Shown piece by piece: positions 8,990-17,874 of a DNA stretch of 64,000 nt; positions within the stretch are counted from its first letter, which is position 1, and each line of letters begins with the position of its first letter. The notes under the pieces were generated by a model. That model made no database searches, was not told the origin of the DNA, and saw nothing but the letters and a program-made list of their open reading frames with translations. Position numbers and translations under genes: made by a program. The DNA lies in assembly GCA_019239825.1 (NCBI GenBank), contig JAFAZK010000341.1, positions 31,570 through 95,569 of the forward strand. Direction: 5' to 3'. Source of the stretch: Verrucomicrobiota bacterium (lineage in GTDB: Bacteria > Verrucomicrobiota > Verrucomicrobiia > Chthoniobacterales > JAFAMB01).

Positions 8990-9484
8990 ATGAATACCCT
9001 CATCAACGAGTCCGGCCTGCAAATCCGCGAGGCCGGCGCCCGCGATACGGCGGCGATTCTTCGATTGTATCGCCAGCTAGTGGGGCCGGTTGCTCCGGAT
9101 GTTACGGTTGACGTGCGTGCCGATCGTATCGAACAAATCCGGAGCGATCTTCACAATTTTCTATGGATACTGGAATCACCAGAGGGTGTAGTCGGCACGG
9201 CGTTCGTTACGCTTTGTCTGGATCCGATGCACAACCGGCAACCTTACGCCGTCTTGGAGAATTTTGTTATCGATGAACGCTGTCGCGCCAAAGGGTACGG
9301 AGCCCAGCTGATGCGTTACGCGGTGGACTTCTGCTATCGAGCCGACTGCTCGAAAATCATGGTGCAAAGTCACAGCTCTCGATGGCAAGCGCACGCGTTC
9401 TTTGAAGCCCAAGGATTCTCCGCCGTGAACAAGAAAGCATTCGTGAAGTACCGAAGGGATATGAAGGTGAGAAGTGAGAAGTGA
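8990..9484 (+). CDS. GNAT family N-acetyltransferase
   Basis: 164 aa; ..VLENFVIDERCRAKGYGAQLMRYAV.. acetyltransferase core. Confidence 0.85.
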   Translation: MNTLINESGLQIREAGARDTAAILRLYRQLVGPVAPDVTVDVRADRIEQIRSDLHNFLWILESPEGVVGTAFVTLCLDPMHNRQPYAVLENFVIDERCRAKGYGAQLMRYAVDFCYRADCSKIMVQSHSSRWQAHAFFEAQGFSAVNKKAFVKYRRDMKVRSEK

Positions 9485-9610
9485 TTGATGGGCGAAAAAC
9501 TCGGCGCGTCGAGTTTTCGCCCCACCCGTGTCGCCCTCCGGGGACAAGCGACGTTGACGGCGTTGCCCCCCTGTGCCAGTCTCTGCACTTATTCTCTCAC
9601 AGAACAACGA

Positions 9611-10375
9611 ATGCGTCGCTGCATCCCTTTTCTCCTCGCTATTCTTCTTCTCGCCAGTTGCCAGCATCATCGCCGTCAGCGCGAAGGACAACAACCAGCG
9701 CACCCGATTGGGCCGCGACAAGTCACGATCCAGTATCTCGGGCACACGTGTTTCCTGATCACGTCGTCTCTCGGGCTCAATATTTTAACCGACCCATTTA
9801 ATCCCGCGGTCCTAAGTTATCCTGTAAAGCCGGGCTCGGTACCGGCCGATATTATCCTGATTACGCATGAGGATGAGACCGCAAATTTCACGGACTTAGC
9901 GTCCGGGTCGCCGGTAATCCTGAGAAGCTCGATGGCAAGCGGCGTTAATCGCGCTAATGGCGTTAAAATTAACGGGGTCAAAACCAGTTCAGAAAGTTAT
10001 TCCACTTCGACTAAGCTGAATGTTGCTTACGTTTGGTCGAACGATGGGATCCGCTTCTGTGACCTCGGCGCAATCGAAGACGCCATCACGCCAACGGAGG
10101 CGATCGATATCGGGCACGTGGATGTCTTGTTCTTACCGGTTGGCGGCCCACCGAATTTCACCGACCAGATGCGCAAGACTACCGTCGATCGGATTCAGCC
10201 GAAGATCATCATTCCAATGATGTATTCGACGGAACATTCATCAAAAGTACCGCTCCGCGGCTTAGGAGAATGGTTATCACGCCAGTCCCATGTGGAGCGG
10301 GTTCCTAACCAGTTCATCCTAAAGCCCAAGGAGTTGCCGGACGAGACCACAGTTTTTGTACCTGCTGTTCGTTAG
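9611..10375 (+). CDS. MBL-fold (UPF0173-like) lipoprotein, metal-binding motif apparently degenerate
   Basis: Start taken at MRRCIPFLLAILLLASC (lipobox). VTIQYLGHTCFLITSS..ILTDPF resembles MBL-fold hydrolases, but the HxHxDH position reads THEDET. Confidence 0.7.
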   Translation: MRRCIPFLLAILLLASCQHHRRQREGQQPAHPIGPRQVTIQYLGHTCFLITSSLGLNILTDPFNPAVLSYPVKPGSVPADIILITHEDETANFTDLASGSPVILRSSMASGVNRANGVKINGVKTSSESYSTSTKLNVAYVWSNDGIRFCDLGAIEDAITPTEAIDIGHVDVLFLPVGGPPNFTDQMRKTTVDRIQPKIIIPMMYSTEHSSKVPLRGLGEWLSRQSHVERVPNQFILKPKELPDETTVFVPAVR

Positions 10376-10378
10376 ACA

Positions 10379-11638
10379 ATGAAAGTCTTAGTTGTTGGGG
10401 GCGGTGGCCGTGAACACGCTCTCGCCTGGAAGCTCCAGCAGTCCGAGAGCGTGACCGGTGTCTACGTCGCTCCCGGCAACGCGGGGATTAAGGAGTTCGC
10501 GACCGCCGTTGCGATCCCGGCGGATGATATCTCGCAACTCAAACAGTTCGCGGTAGATAAGGCGATCGATCTAACCGTGGTTGGACCGGACAACCCGCTG
10601 GCTAACGGGATCGTCGATAAGTTTCAACAAGCTGGTCTGAAGATTTTCGGTCCGACTAAAGCGGCTGCTCGACTCGAATCATCGAAGAGTTTTGCCAAGG
10701 AATTCATGGCTCGATACGGGATCGCCAGTCCAGGTTTTGCGATTTGCGATTCTGCCAACGAAGCAATTCGGACGGTGGAAAGGTTCGGTTTTCCGACGGT
10801 GATAAAGGCGGACGGACTGGCTCTGGGCAAAGGGGTGGTCATCGCCCACAATCTACAAGAAGCCGAACAAGCCATCCGCCGGATGATGGAAGAGCGGCTA
10901 TTTGGCGACGCGGGTAGCCGGGTCGTAGTCGAAGAATTTCTACAGGGAACCGAGTGTTCGGTGCATGCGCTGGTCGATGGCCAGAACTACTGCTTGTTCC
11001 CGACAGCGCAGGACCATAAGGCGCTCTACGACGGTAACCACGGACCAAACACCGGCGGGATGGGCGCGTTTAGTCCTTCGCAAACGCTCTCTCCCCGAGA
11101 CCTCGCCCTTATTGAACGGGATATACTTCAGCCCTTTTTGCGCGGTATCCAAGCGGAGGGAATCACTTACCAAGGTTTACTGTTCCCGGGGTTGATGCTC
11201 ACAAAGCGCGGGCCGGCAGTGTTAGAGTTTAATGCTCGGTTCGGTGACCCGGAGACTCAGGCTCTGCTTCCCAGGCTCTCGAGCGACCTGGTAGAATTGT
11301 TAGAAGCCACTATAGCCGGCCGGTTGCGCGAGGTCACCCCACAGTGGAGCTCTGCGGCGTCCGTTTGCATTGTCCTGGCGTCGAGGGGTTACCCGGATCG
11401 CGCCGAGACCGGCAAACCGATCGTCGGGTTGCCTGAAGTCGCTGCTTTGAAAGATGTGCTGGTCTTTCACGCCGGAACCCGAGAACAAGAAGGTCGGGTT
11501 GTGACTTCTGGGGGCCGGGTCTTAGGAATTACCGCGGTAGGCGATTCCATTCTCAGCGCACGCCGAAAAGCTTACGATGCCGCCGGCATGATTGAATTCG
11601 ATGGCTGCTATTTCCGGCGGGATATTGGGGAAAGGTAG
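10379..11638 (+). CDS. purD: Phosphoribosylamine--glycine ligase
   Basis: MKVLVVGGGGREHALAWKL.. with an ATP-grasp core; full length, 419 aa. Confidence 0.95.
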   Translation: MKVLVVGGGGREHALAWKLQQSESVTGVYVAPGNAGIKEFATAVAIPADDISQLKQFAVDKAIDLTVVGPDNPLANGIVDKFQQAGLKIFGPTKAAARLESSKSFAKEFMARYGIASPGFAICDSANEAIRTVERFGFPTVIKADGLALGKGVVIAHNLQEAEQAIRRMMEERLFGDAGSRVVVEEFLQGTECSVHALVDGQNYCLFPTAQDHKALYDGNHGPNTGGMGAFSPSQTLSPRDLALIERDILQPFLRGIQAEGITYQGLLFPGLMLTKRGPAVLEFNARFGDPETQALLPRLSSDLVELLEATIAGRLREVTPQWSSAASVCIVLASRGYPDRAETGKPIVGLPEVAALKDVLVFHAGTREQEGRVVTSGGRVLGITAVGDSILSARRKAYDAAGMIEFDGCYFRRDIGER

Positions 11639-11644
11639 GCAATC

Positions 11645-12025
11645 GTGGAGCGCCGCCTTCCCGCGGCCGCGAAACGACGCCGAGTCGGTCGGAGCCTTGG
11701 AGGGGAGCCGCTTTTACCCATTCGCTGTAACCTGATCTATTCGCGCAAACAATCGTCGTATTTCTGAGAAGTTGTTTAGCAGGCGGCTCCCGGAAACGTC
11801 CCACGATGCGGTTCGTTCTTAACGCGTTGCATTGATACAGAACGAAGTGAATCACCGCGGGTTGTAGGGGCGTCAGGAAACGTTCGCGGGAGCCGCCCGC
11901 TCTCACAAGCCCAATCGGTAAGCGCGAGGTTTCGAGAACGTGCGAGCAAACGGGGTTTGGCTAAAAGCGGCTCCCCTCCAGGGGCGCCGGCTTCGTCTCG
12001 GGGCGGTGGGGAGTCGGCGCTCCAC
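11645..12025. repeat. GGGAGCCGC nested-palindrome element, copy A (+ orientation)
   Basis: Motif starts are 11703(+), 11783(-), 11888(+) and 11967(-). Outermost arms are GTGGAGCGCCG (11645) and CGGCGCTCCAC (12015). The 18-mer ACGTTCGCGGGAGCCGCC is at 11880. Confidence 0.9.
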
Positions 12026-12093
12026 GAGGAGGAAAACACGTCCACATTGGACTAAGTGCAAAATGCGGCTATTGCTTCCTACAATTTAAAGAG

Positions 12094-13173
12094 ATGAAGT
12101 ACGTTGTTACCGTTTCTGTATTGCTAGCCGGACTAGCTTCCGCAGCCCTGGCAGTGGAAACTCCCTCGCCCACACCGGCCGCCTCGCCGGCAAGCGACGC
12201 GGCTCAATCTGGGTCATCCCGCCTGATCGATCAGCTGGATGTGAACCAGCTAAAAGAGATCCTCGACAAATTGCGGACCAACTATGTCGATACTCGAGCG
12301 TTAACGAACGACGAACTAAACCAGGCCGCTATCAAATTGTTGCTTGCAAAGTTGGGCCCTGGCGTTCGAGTGCAGACCGAATCTGAGTTCGCCCGAGCTA
12401 CCCCAGTGCGTCCGTTTCGCTACGACGTTGTATCGAATCGGTTCAGCTATATCCGATTGGGGACATTAAAGGATAGCAGTTTGACGCAACTGGATAATGC
12501 GATCGGTGAATCACGATCGAGAAACGTGGAAGGTTTGATTATCGATCTTCGCACCGTCTCTGAAGATTCCGATTATGATTTAGCAAATAGCATTGTCAGT
12601 CGGTTCGTCGGCAACGGTGAACCAACCTTCAGTCTGATCACAAAGGGAGCTGAACCAAAGAGCTTTACAAGCCAATCAACCCCGCTCTACCACGGACCGA
12701 TCGCGGTGCTGATCGATCGGCAAACCGCCGGTGCAGCCGAGGTCATTGCCGGCGTGCTGAAAACAAAGGATCGGGCGTTATTGATAGGCCAAACCACCGC
12801 GGGTCGCGCTGTAAAATATAAGACCGAACCATTAGGGAACCTGCAGGTTTCTGTCGCAGAAAGCGAAGTTCAGATCGCGGGTCTGCCTTTAATTTTCCCG
12901 GGTGGATTGGTCCCGGACATCGCGGTGAACGAACCTCAAGAGGTTGAAAATCAGGTTTTAGCCCAGAGCGACTCCGGGCCACTCGATCCATTCATTACCG
13001 ACGAAGAACGGCCTCGGTTAAATGAAGCGGCCTTGGTTAACGGCACTAACCCCGAGCTCGATGCTTACGAAGAGCAGGAAGCCGTCAAAACCACCAAGGC
13101 GCAACTAAAGGATGAATCTCTGCAACACGCGATCGATTTCCTGATCACGCTGAGTCTGTACAAGAAGTCCTAA
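12094..13173 (+). CDS. S41 (C-terminal processing) peptidase family protein, predicted catalytically inactive
   Basis: Signal peptide, then GLIIDLR..AVLIDRQTAGAAEVIAG..LLIGQTTAGRAV. Gly213 and Arg238 occupy the positions of the Ser/Lys dyad, with the same 25-residue spacing as Prc S430/K455 from memory. Confidence 0.8.
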   Translation: MKYVVTVSVLLAGLASAALAVETPSPTPAASPASDAAQSGSSRLIDQLDVNQLKEILDKLRTNYVDTRALTNDELNQAAIKLLLAKLGPGVRVQTESEFARATPVRPFRYDVVSNRFSYIRLGTLKDSSLTQLDNAIGESRSRNVEGLIIDLRTVSEDSDYDLANSIVSRFVGNGEPTFSLITKGAEPKSFTSQSTPLYHGPIAVLIDRQTAGAAEVIAGVLKTKDRALLIGQTTAGRAVKYKTEPLGNLQVSVAESEVQIAGLPLIFPGGLVPDIAVNEPQEVENQVLAQSDSGPLDPFITDEERPRLNEAALVNGTNPELDAYEEQEAVKTTKAQLKDESLQHAIDFLITLSLYKKS

Positions 13174-13245
13174 GTTTTAAGTTATAAGTTCCAGGTTCGA
13201 AGTCGCTGCGCGACCTGCAACCTCTAACTTAGAACTTTAAACTTA
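13171..13245. repeat. Word-array palindrome (AAGTTNTAAGTT words) spanning both stop codons of convergent genes
   Basis: 13171-13206 matches the reverse complement of 13210-13245 at 29 of 36 positions. The arms begin at the TAA of the + gene and end at the TAA of the - gene. Confidence 0.85.
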
Positions 13246-14193
13246 CAATTTAGAGCCTAGAACCAGTTTGTCGCAGCCGGGGACGACGGCGATCAGCAGG
13301 GAGAGCACCATTAACCAATAAACCCGACCCCGAGAGACTTTTATCTTTTGCCCGAACGGAGGGATGGTTTTCATTTTGCCGAGCGTTTCTATCCCAATCA
13401 GGACCGGTAACGCGCAAGCGAATCGCACCCGGATTGGGCGGATCGCTTGGACATATAGAGCTGCGGACTCAAGGTAGCGCCGGGCAACATCACGCCACTC
13501 CTGAAACACCGGCTCAGCCATTTTTATATCTTCGGACAGGGCTCCGGTAACCGGCAAATAAGAACGTCCAAGTTGGACGTCCTGAGGATAATCGCGAAGG
13601 ACGTTAACGAGTTGCAGCCCTTTGCCATATTCCGTACCCAAGGTAACGATTTTTTTGTGGTCTACGCGCGCATAGGGCGTCCAGGCCTGCAAACAAAGCT
13701 TGGTCCAAAACTCGCCGACAGAGCCCGCAACAAGGTAAATGTACTCGTCGAGCTCTTCGGGTGATTGGAGGGCACGCAGTGAAGACGCGAGATCGAATCG
13801 TTCTATGTCCAGAATTTGCCCCCGCATGATGCGTCCGAGGACTTCCAGCAACAGGTCTTGATCGATCTGAGGCAATTGGCGAGCAAATGCTAAGATCTCT
13901 TCAACTCGCTCCAGCAATTGCCGTTCTGCACCATCCGGTTGCTGCTGAGCGCATTCTTTAAGACCACGCTGTAGACTCGGGTCCACCATGAAAAGTTGTG
14001 TTCGGAGCTGGTTGAGGATTTTTAAGCGATCAACCGCTGCCAGCGAGTTGGCATCTGCAATCGTATCACTGGCCCTAGCCAACAAATATCCCAAAGCAAT
14101 GGCCGGCCGAATGCGACTCGGAAGAAAACGAACACTGAGGTAGAACGAACGCGAAACGCCCTTGAGCAGGCGCCAAAGTTCGGGATCAATCAT
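13243..14193 (-). CDS. Squalene/phytoene synthase family protein with C-terminal TM segment
   Basis: SRSFYLS, ARASDTIAD (first Asp-rich motif) and NVLRDYPQDVQLGRSYLP (second motif). Confidence 0.8.
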   Translation of the reverse strand: MIDPELWRLLKGVSRSFYLSVRFLPSRIRPAIALGYLLARASDTIADANSLAAVDRLKILNQLRTQLFMVDPSLQRGLKECAQQQPDGAERQLLERVEEILAFARQLPQIDQDLLLEVLGRIMRGQILDIERFDLASSLRALQSPEELDEYIYLVAGSVGEFWTKLCLQAWTPYARVDHKKIVTLGTEYGKGLQLVNVLRDYPQDVQLGRSYLPVTGALSEDIKMAEPVFQEWRDVARRYLESAALYVQAIRPIRVRFACALPVLIGIETLGKMKTIPPFGQKIKVSRGRVYWLMVLSLLIAVVPGCDKLVLGSKL

Positions 14194-14222
14194 TTCACAG
14201 CAAGATTCGAAGACGAAAACAA

Positions 14223-14410
14223 AATTTCACAGGAAGACCACAAAGAACACGAAGATCAGAAACAGAAGAACTTCCAATCAGTGGATTTAATTCACGGGCC
14301 CGGGATTTCGCAGGTGGAGGCAATATAAAAGATTTCACAACAAAGCCGTAAGGGAGACGAACAGGATTTTCTGTCTCTGATCTTTGTGTTCTTTGTGACC
14401 TTCTGTGATT
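14223..14410. repeat. Word-array palindrome (CACAAAGAACACGAAGATCAGA words)
   Basis: 14223-14267 matches the reverse complement of 14369-14410 at about 37 of 42 positions. The spacer is about 100 nt and contains GGGCCCGGG. Confidence 0.9.
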
Positions 14411-14414
14411 GATT

Positions 14415-15515
14415 TTATCTGACGTCTCGAATTTCGATCCGACTCAGCTCTGCGTTGCCTAACTGCATCGCAGCGGCGGTCTCGACGTATTTCGCCGTTT
14501 TAGAGACCGGATCCATTTTGGCGTCGACCCGCCATTTATCGAGTTGTTTAGAAGCGACCGCGTCGATTGAGACCGGGTCCTTGCTGGCATAAATGGTGCC
14601 GAAGTGGATGGCATAGTTCGCGTCTCCAAAGGGCGCACCGGCGTAGAGAGCAACCAGCCCGTCCATAATAGTGAGCACTATCTTTTGGCTGATCCTCGGG
14701 TCAGAATACATTTCCGGGATCGATTCGCCTTCATCAGGCGGTTGCACCAAACGGCGCCAATTGTCGACGTTTTGCACAGTCATGTTAAACATTGCCCCGG
14801 AAAGGCCACAATAGATGTTGTCGGCCAGGACCGGTACATTGATCACTTTAGTCACTACTTTGGTCAGGACTTTGCTGACATGACTCTCGTTGCTGATGTT
14901 GGCCGGCAGTCCCCTTTTTTTGTTATCTGCCTCCGCTTTGAGCTCCTCTTTGAAATTGGGGAGATTCTTTCCAACAAAAAACAAATCCCCATAGATCAAT
15001 TGGCCGGATACAGGGGAACTGAGGGCAACTTGAGGGTCATAATTGCCCTCGGACCATAGCACCCGGTAATCACCGACACGCGAATGGAATCCAGCTCTCT
15101 TAAGGAGTTCTTCTTCTCGATCCCAGACCACGATATTGTCCGCGGACACTCCGGCTTCTCTGAGACCATTGACGATCGCCTGGACTAAAGCCGGCCGGGT
15201 ACTGAAAAGCGGCGCTCCATTGGCGGAAACCTTGATTCCGACGATATCGTTCGGCTTTACCAAGGACGCCCAGGCAGCAGCGACGCTGCCTTCGCCGGTC
15301 ACAGACATCACTACGTCGTTCACCATTCTGGCGACGACAGAGTTATTCGTCTTGTAATCAAAAATCGCGTCCGGGCTTTCGGCCCGAACGACGATGGAGC
15401 GGGCCGGTACAGGGGTAGGGGTCGGCAAAGGCGCTGCCGGCGCTTCGTTCTCGGCGCCATAGCAGAACGTCGTCGCAAAAACGGCGGTTAGGGATACCTT
15501 GACGAGGACTCGCAA
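14415..15515 (-). CDS. Secreted hypothetical protein, DUF362-like
   Basis: TTG start with a signal-like N-terminus. SLVKPNDIVGIKVSANG..STRPALVQAIVNGLREAGVSADNIVVWDR resembles the DUF362 core, from memory. Confidence 0.65.
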   Translation of the reverse strand: MRVLVKVSLTAVFATTFCYGAENEAPAAPLPTPTPVPARSIVVRAESPDAIFDYKTNNSVVARMVNDVVMSVTGEGSVAAAWASLVKPNDIVGIKVSANGAPLFSTRPALVQAIVNGLREAGVSADNIVVWDREEELLKRAGFHSRVGDYRVLWSEGNYDPQVALSSPVSGQLIYGDLFFVGKNLPNFKEELKAEADNKKRGLPANISNESHVSKVLTKVVTKVINVPVLADNIYCGLSGAMFNMTVQNVDNWRRLVQPPDEGESIPEMYSDPRISQKIVLTIMDGLVALYAGAPFGDANYAIHFGTIYASKDPVSIDAVASKQLDKWRVDAKMDPVSKTAKYVETAAAMQLGNAELSRIEIRDVR

Positions 15516-15650
15516 GTTTTAAGTTCTAGGTTTTAAGTTTTGGGTTTTTGGGTTGAACCGGAACGTTGACAGAGCGTCTGTGTCGCCTCGCACCTATAAC
15601 TTAAAACCGAAAACGTAAAACTTATAACTTAAAACCGCCAACCTAGAACC
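15516..15650. repeat. Word-array palindrome (GTTTTAAGTT / AACTTAAAAC words) in a divergent promoter region
   Basis: The left array 15516-15554 is complementary in word content to the right array 15593-15650. Confidence 0.8.
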
Positions 15651-15651
15651 T

Positions 15652-16749
15652 GTGAGCCTGAGACATCTTTACGTTCATATTCCGTTTTGCCCCAAGGTTT
15701 GTCCGTATTGCAGTTTTTATAAAGAGGCGTCGGACCGGAACAAAACTCAGGACTTCCTTGATGCAGTCTTACTGGAGTTGGAAACCTTCGGATCTGATCG
15801 GGTTCAACCGCACACTATTTTTTTTGGCGGCGGAACGCCATCGGCATTGTCGACCCGGCAACTTGATTACTTGATCAGCGGGCTTCGGGAACGGCTTGAT
15901 CTGAGCGCCTTGCGTGAATGGACGCTCGAAATGAACCCGGCCACCGTCTCAGAAGAGAAAGCGGAACTCCTTTTGTCGCTGGGTGTGAACCGGATTAGCA
16001 TGGGGGTACAGGCTTGGCAGAGCGATTTACTGGCCCGGCTCGGGCGAGTCCATTCGGCTGCGCAAGCTCTCCGATCGTACCAGATTCTGCGCCGAGCCGG
16101 TTTCAAAAGAATCAATCTGGACCTGATCTTCGGTATCCCTGGGCAAACTCCCGCTCAGTGGCAAGAATCGCTTTTGCAGACCATCAATCTGGGCCCGGAA
16201 CATATCTCGGCCTACTGCTTAACCTACGAAGAAGACACCGAGTTTTTTCGACAACTCGCTATCGGGCAGCTTTCCCAGGACGAATTTCAAGATGCCGACC
16301 TGTTCGAGGTGACGATGGATACGCTGACCCGCGACGGCTATTCCCAATACGAAATTTCGAATTACGCATTGCTGGGCGAGGAATGCCTGCACAACCTGGC
16401 TTATTGGAGCGGCAACGATTATCTCGGACTCGGGCCCTCAGCGTTTTCCACGGTTTCGGGGCGTCGATGGCAGAACATTTCTAACACCAGCAGTTATGTT
16501 GAGAAAATTAAGCGTGGCGGGAATGCCCAGGCATTTTCGGAGTCACTAAGTTTGGAGACACAACTTAGTGAGAAAATCGTGTTCGGTCTGAGAATGAATC
16601 AGGGAATCGCCGAGGAACTATTGGCGCCGTGGTCGGCGAATGTTCAAGACCTTGAGGACGCCGGATACCTTCAACGCCGGGCCGGCACCATCAGCCTGAG
16701 CCGTTCAGGCCGGATGGTGGCGGATGCGATCGGCGAATTGTTTGTATGA
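15652..16749 (+). CDS. hemW: Radical SAM heme chaperone HemW (HemN-like, oxygen-independent coproporphyrinogen oxidase family)
   Basis: GTG start; YVHIPFCPKVCPYCSFY CxxxCxxC motif; 365 aa. Confidence 0.88.
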   Translation: MSLRHLYVHIPFCPKVCPYCSFYKEASDRNKTQDFLDAVLLELETFGSDRVQPHTIFFGGGTPSALSTRQLDYLISGLRERLDLSALREWTLEMNPATVSEEKAELLLSLGVNRISMGVQAWQSDLLARLGRVHSAAQALRSYQILRRAGFKRINLDLIFGIPGQTPAQWQESLLQTINLGPEHISAYCLTYEEDTEFFRQLAIGQLSQDEFQDADLFEVTMDTLTRDGYSQYEISNYALLGEECLHNLAYWSGNDYLGLGPSAFSTVSGRRWQNISNTSSYVEKIKRGGNAQAFSESLSLETQLSEKIVFGLRMNQGIAEELLAPWSANVQDLEDAGYLQRRAGTISLSRSGRMVADAIGELFV

Positions 16750-17837
16750 CAGATTGGGATGTGGCGGTGATCGGAGGTGGACCAGCCGGTTCAACCGCCG
16801 CTGCGTTCACCGCCAAAGCCGGGCTAAAGACTTTGTTGATCGATCGAGCGGTTTTCCCGAGGGAAAAAGTGTGCGGAGATTGCCTCAATCCGGGATGTTG
16901 GGAAGTATTCGATCAGCTCGGAGTCGCCGAGCAAATCGAGGGGCTACCTTCCGCTCGTTTACAATGGGTAGCTTTCACTAATATCGGCGGACGCCAGATC
17001 GAACACCGATTCCCAAACGCCGGTCCGCCCGAGACAGGCATCAGACGGAGTGTACTTGACCACGCGCTTCTCCTGAACGCAGAGAAAGCAGGCGCGGAAA
17101 TCTGGCAAGGTGAACCCGTCACCGGCGTCGAGCGCGGTTGGTTAGTTAAGACGGGTCGCCGGCAGCTCAGGACAAAATTCTTGGTGGCTGCCGACGGAAG
17201 AAATTCATCCGTAGCTCGATTCCTGGGCGCTTTCCCTCGAACCATAACTGACCGAGTCGCGTGCCAGACTTACTTTTCTGCGGACCGGCCGTCGCATGTT
17301 GCTCTAGAGCTCAACGACCTCGGATATATGGGTATAGGAACCGTAGGCGACGGAGCGGTAAATTTGTGCATCGTGGCGCGGCCTAAAAAGATCGAGGAAC
17401 TACGCTCACGAATATCAGAGCGTTTTGGACTTGCGCCCGAACAGCGTTGGAACACCGTGGCGCCCTTATTCCGCCGCCCTGTCGAAGCGGATGATCCCAC
17501 GCTCTTTTATGTTGGGGATGCTGCCCGTGTAGTCGAACCCTTCACCGGTGAAGGGATTTTTTACGCACTGAAATCGGGATCGCTAGCAGCGGAATCGATC
17601 ATCGATTCTCAAAGGAACGGCCCATCTTTCCGGCATCGGTACACAGAGCGTCATCGGCAGCTGTACGTAGGACGGCTGTGGATTAATCAGTTGGCGCGTC
17701 TGTCGGTCTTGCATCCGGGAATCAGTAGTAGGTGCCTGGAGATGTTGCGGTTTTGGCCATGGCCGCTCGAGGAGCTAACGCGACGAGTCGTGGGGATGAA
17801 CGGGGCGACGGTAGGGCGGGGCTCCCGAACAAGTTGA
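16746..17837 (+). CDS. FAD-dependent oxidoreductase (geranylgeranyl reductase family)
   Basis: DVAVIGGGPAGSTAAAFTAKAGLKTLLIDR dinucleotide-binding fold. ATGA overlap with hemW. Confidence 0.85.
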   Translation: MTDWDVAVIGGGPAGSTAAAFTAKAGLKTLLIDRAVFPREKVCGDCLNPGCWEVFDQLGVAEQIEGLPSARLQWVAFTNIGGRQIEHRFPNAGPPETGIRRSVLDHALLLNAEKAGAEIWQGEPVTGVERGWLVKTGRRQLRTKFLVAADGRNSSVARFLGAFPRTITDRVACQTYFSADRPSHVALELNDLGYMGIGTVGDGAVNLCIVARPKKIEELRSRISERFGLAPEQRWNTVAPLFRRPVEADDPTLFYVGDAARVVEPFTGEGIFYALKSGSLAAESIIDSQRNGPSFRHRYTERHRQLYVGRLWINQLARLSVLHPGISSRCLEMLRFWPWPLEELTRRVVGMNGATVGRGSRTS

Positions 17838-17856
17838 ACGTTCGGGAGCCTCGCCC
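17814..17856. terminator. Minimal GGGAGCC hairpin (REP-doublet-like) at a convergent junction
   Basis: GGCTCCCGAAC (17820-17830) pairs perfectly with GTTCGGGAGCC (17840-17850) and the stem extends to about 17 bp. The TGA of the oxidoreductase (17835-17837) lies in the loop. Confidence 0.6.
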
Positions 17857-17874
17857 TCCAATCAACGCAGGCGC

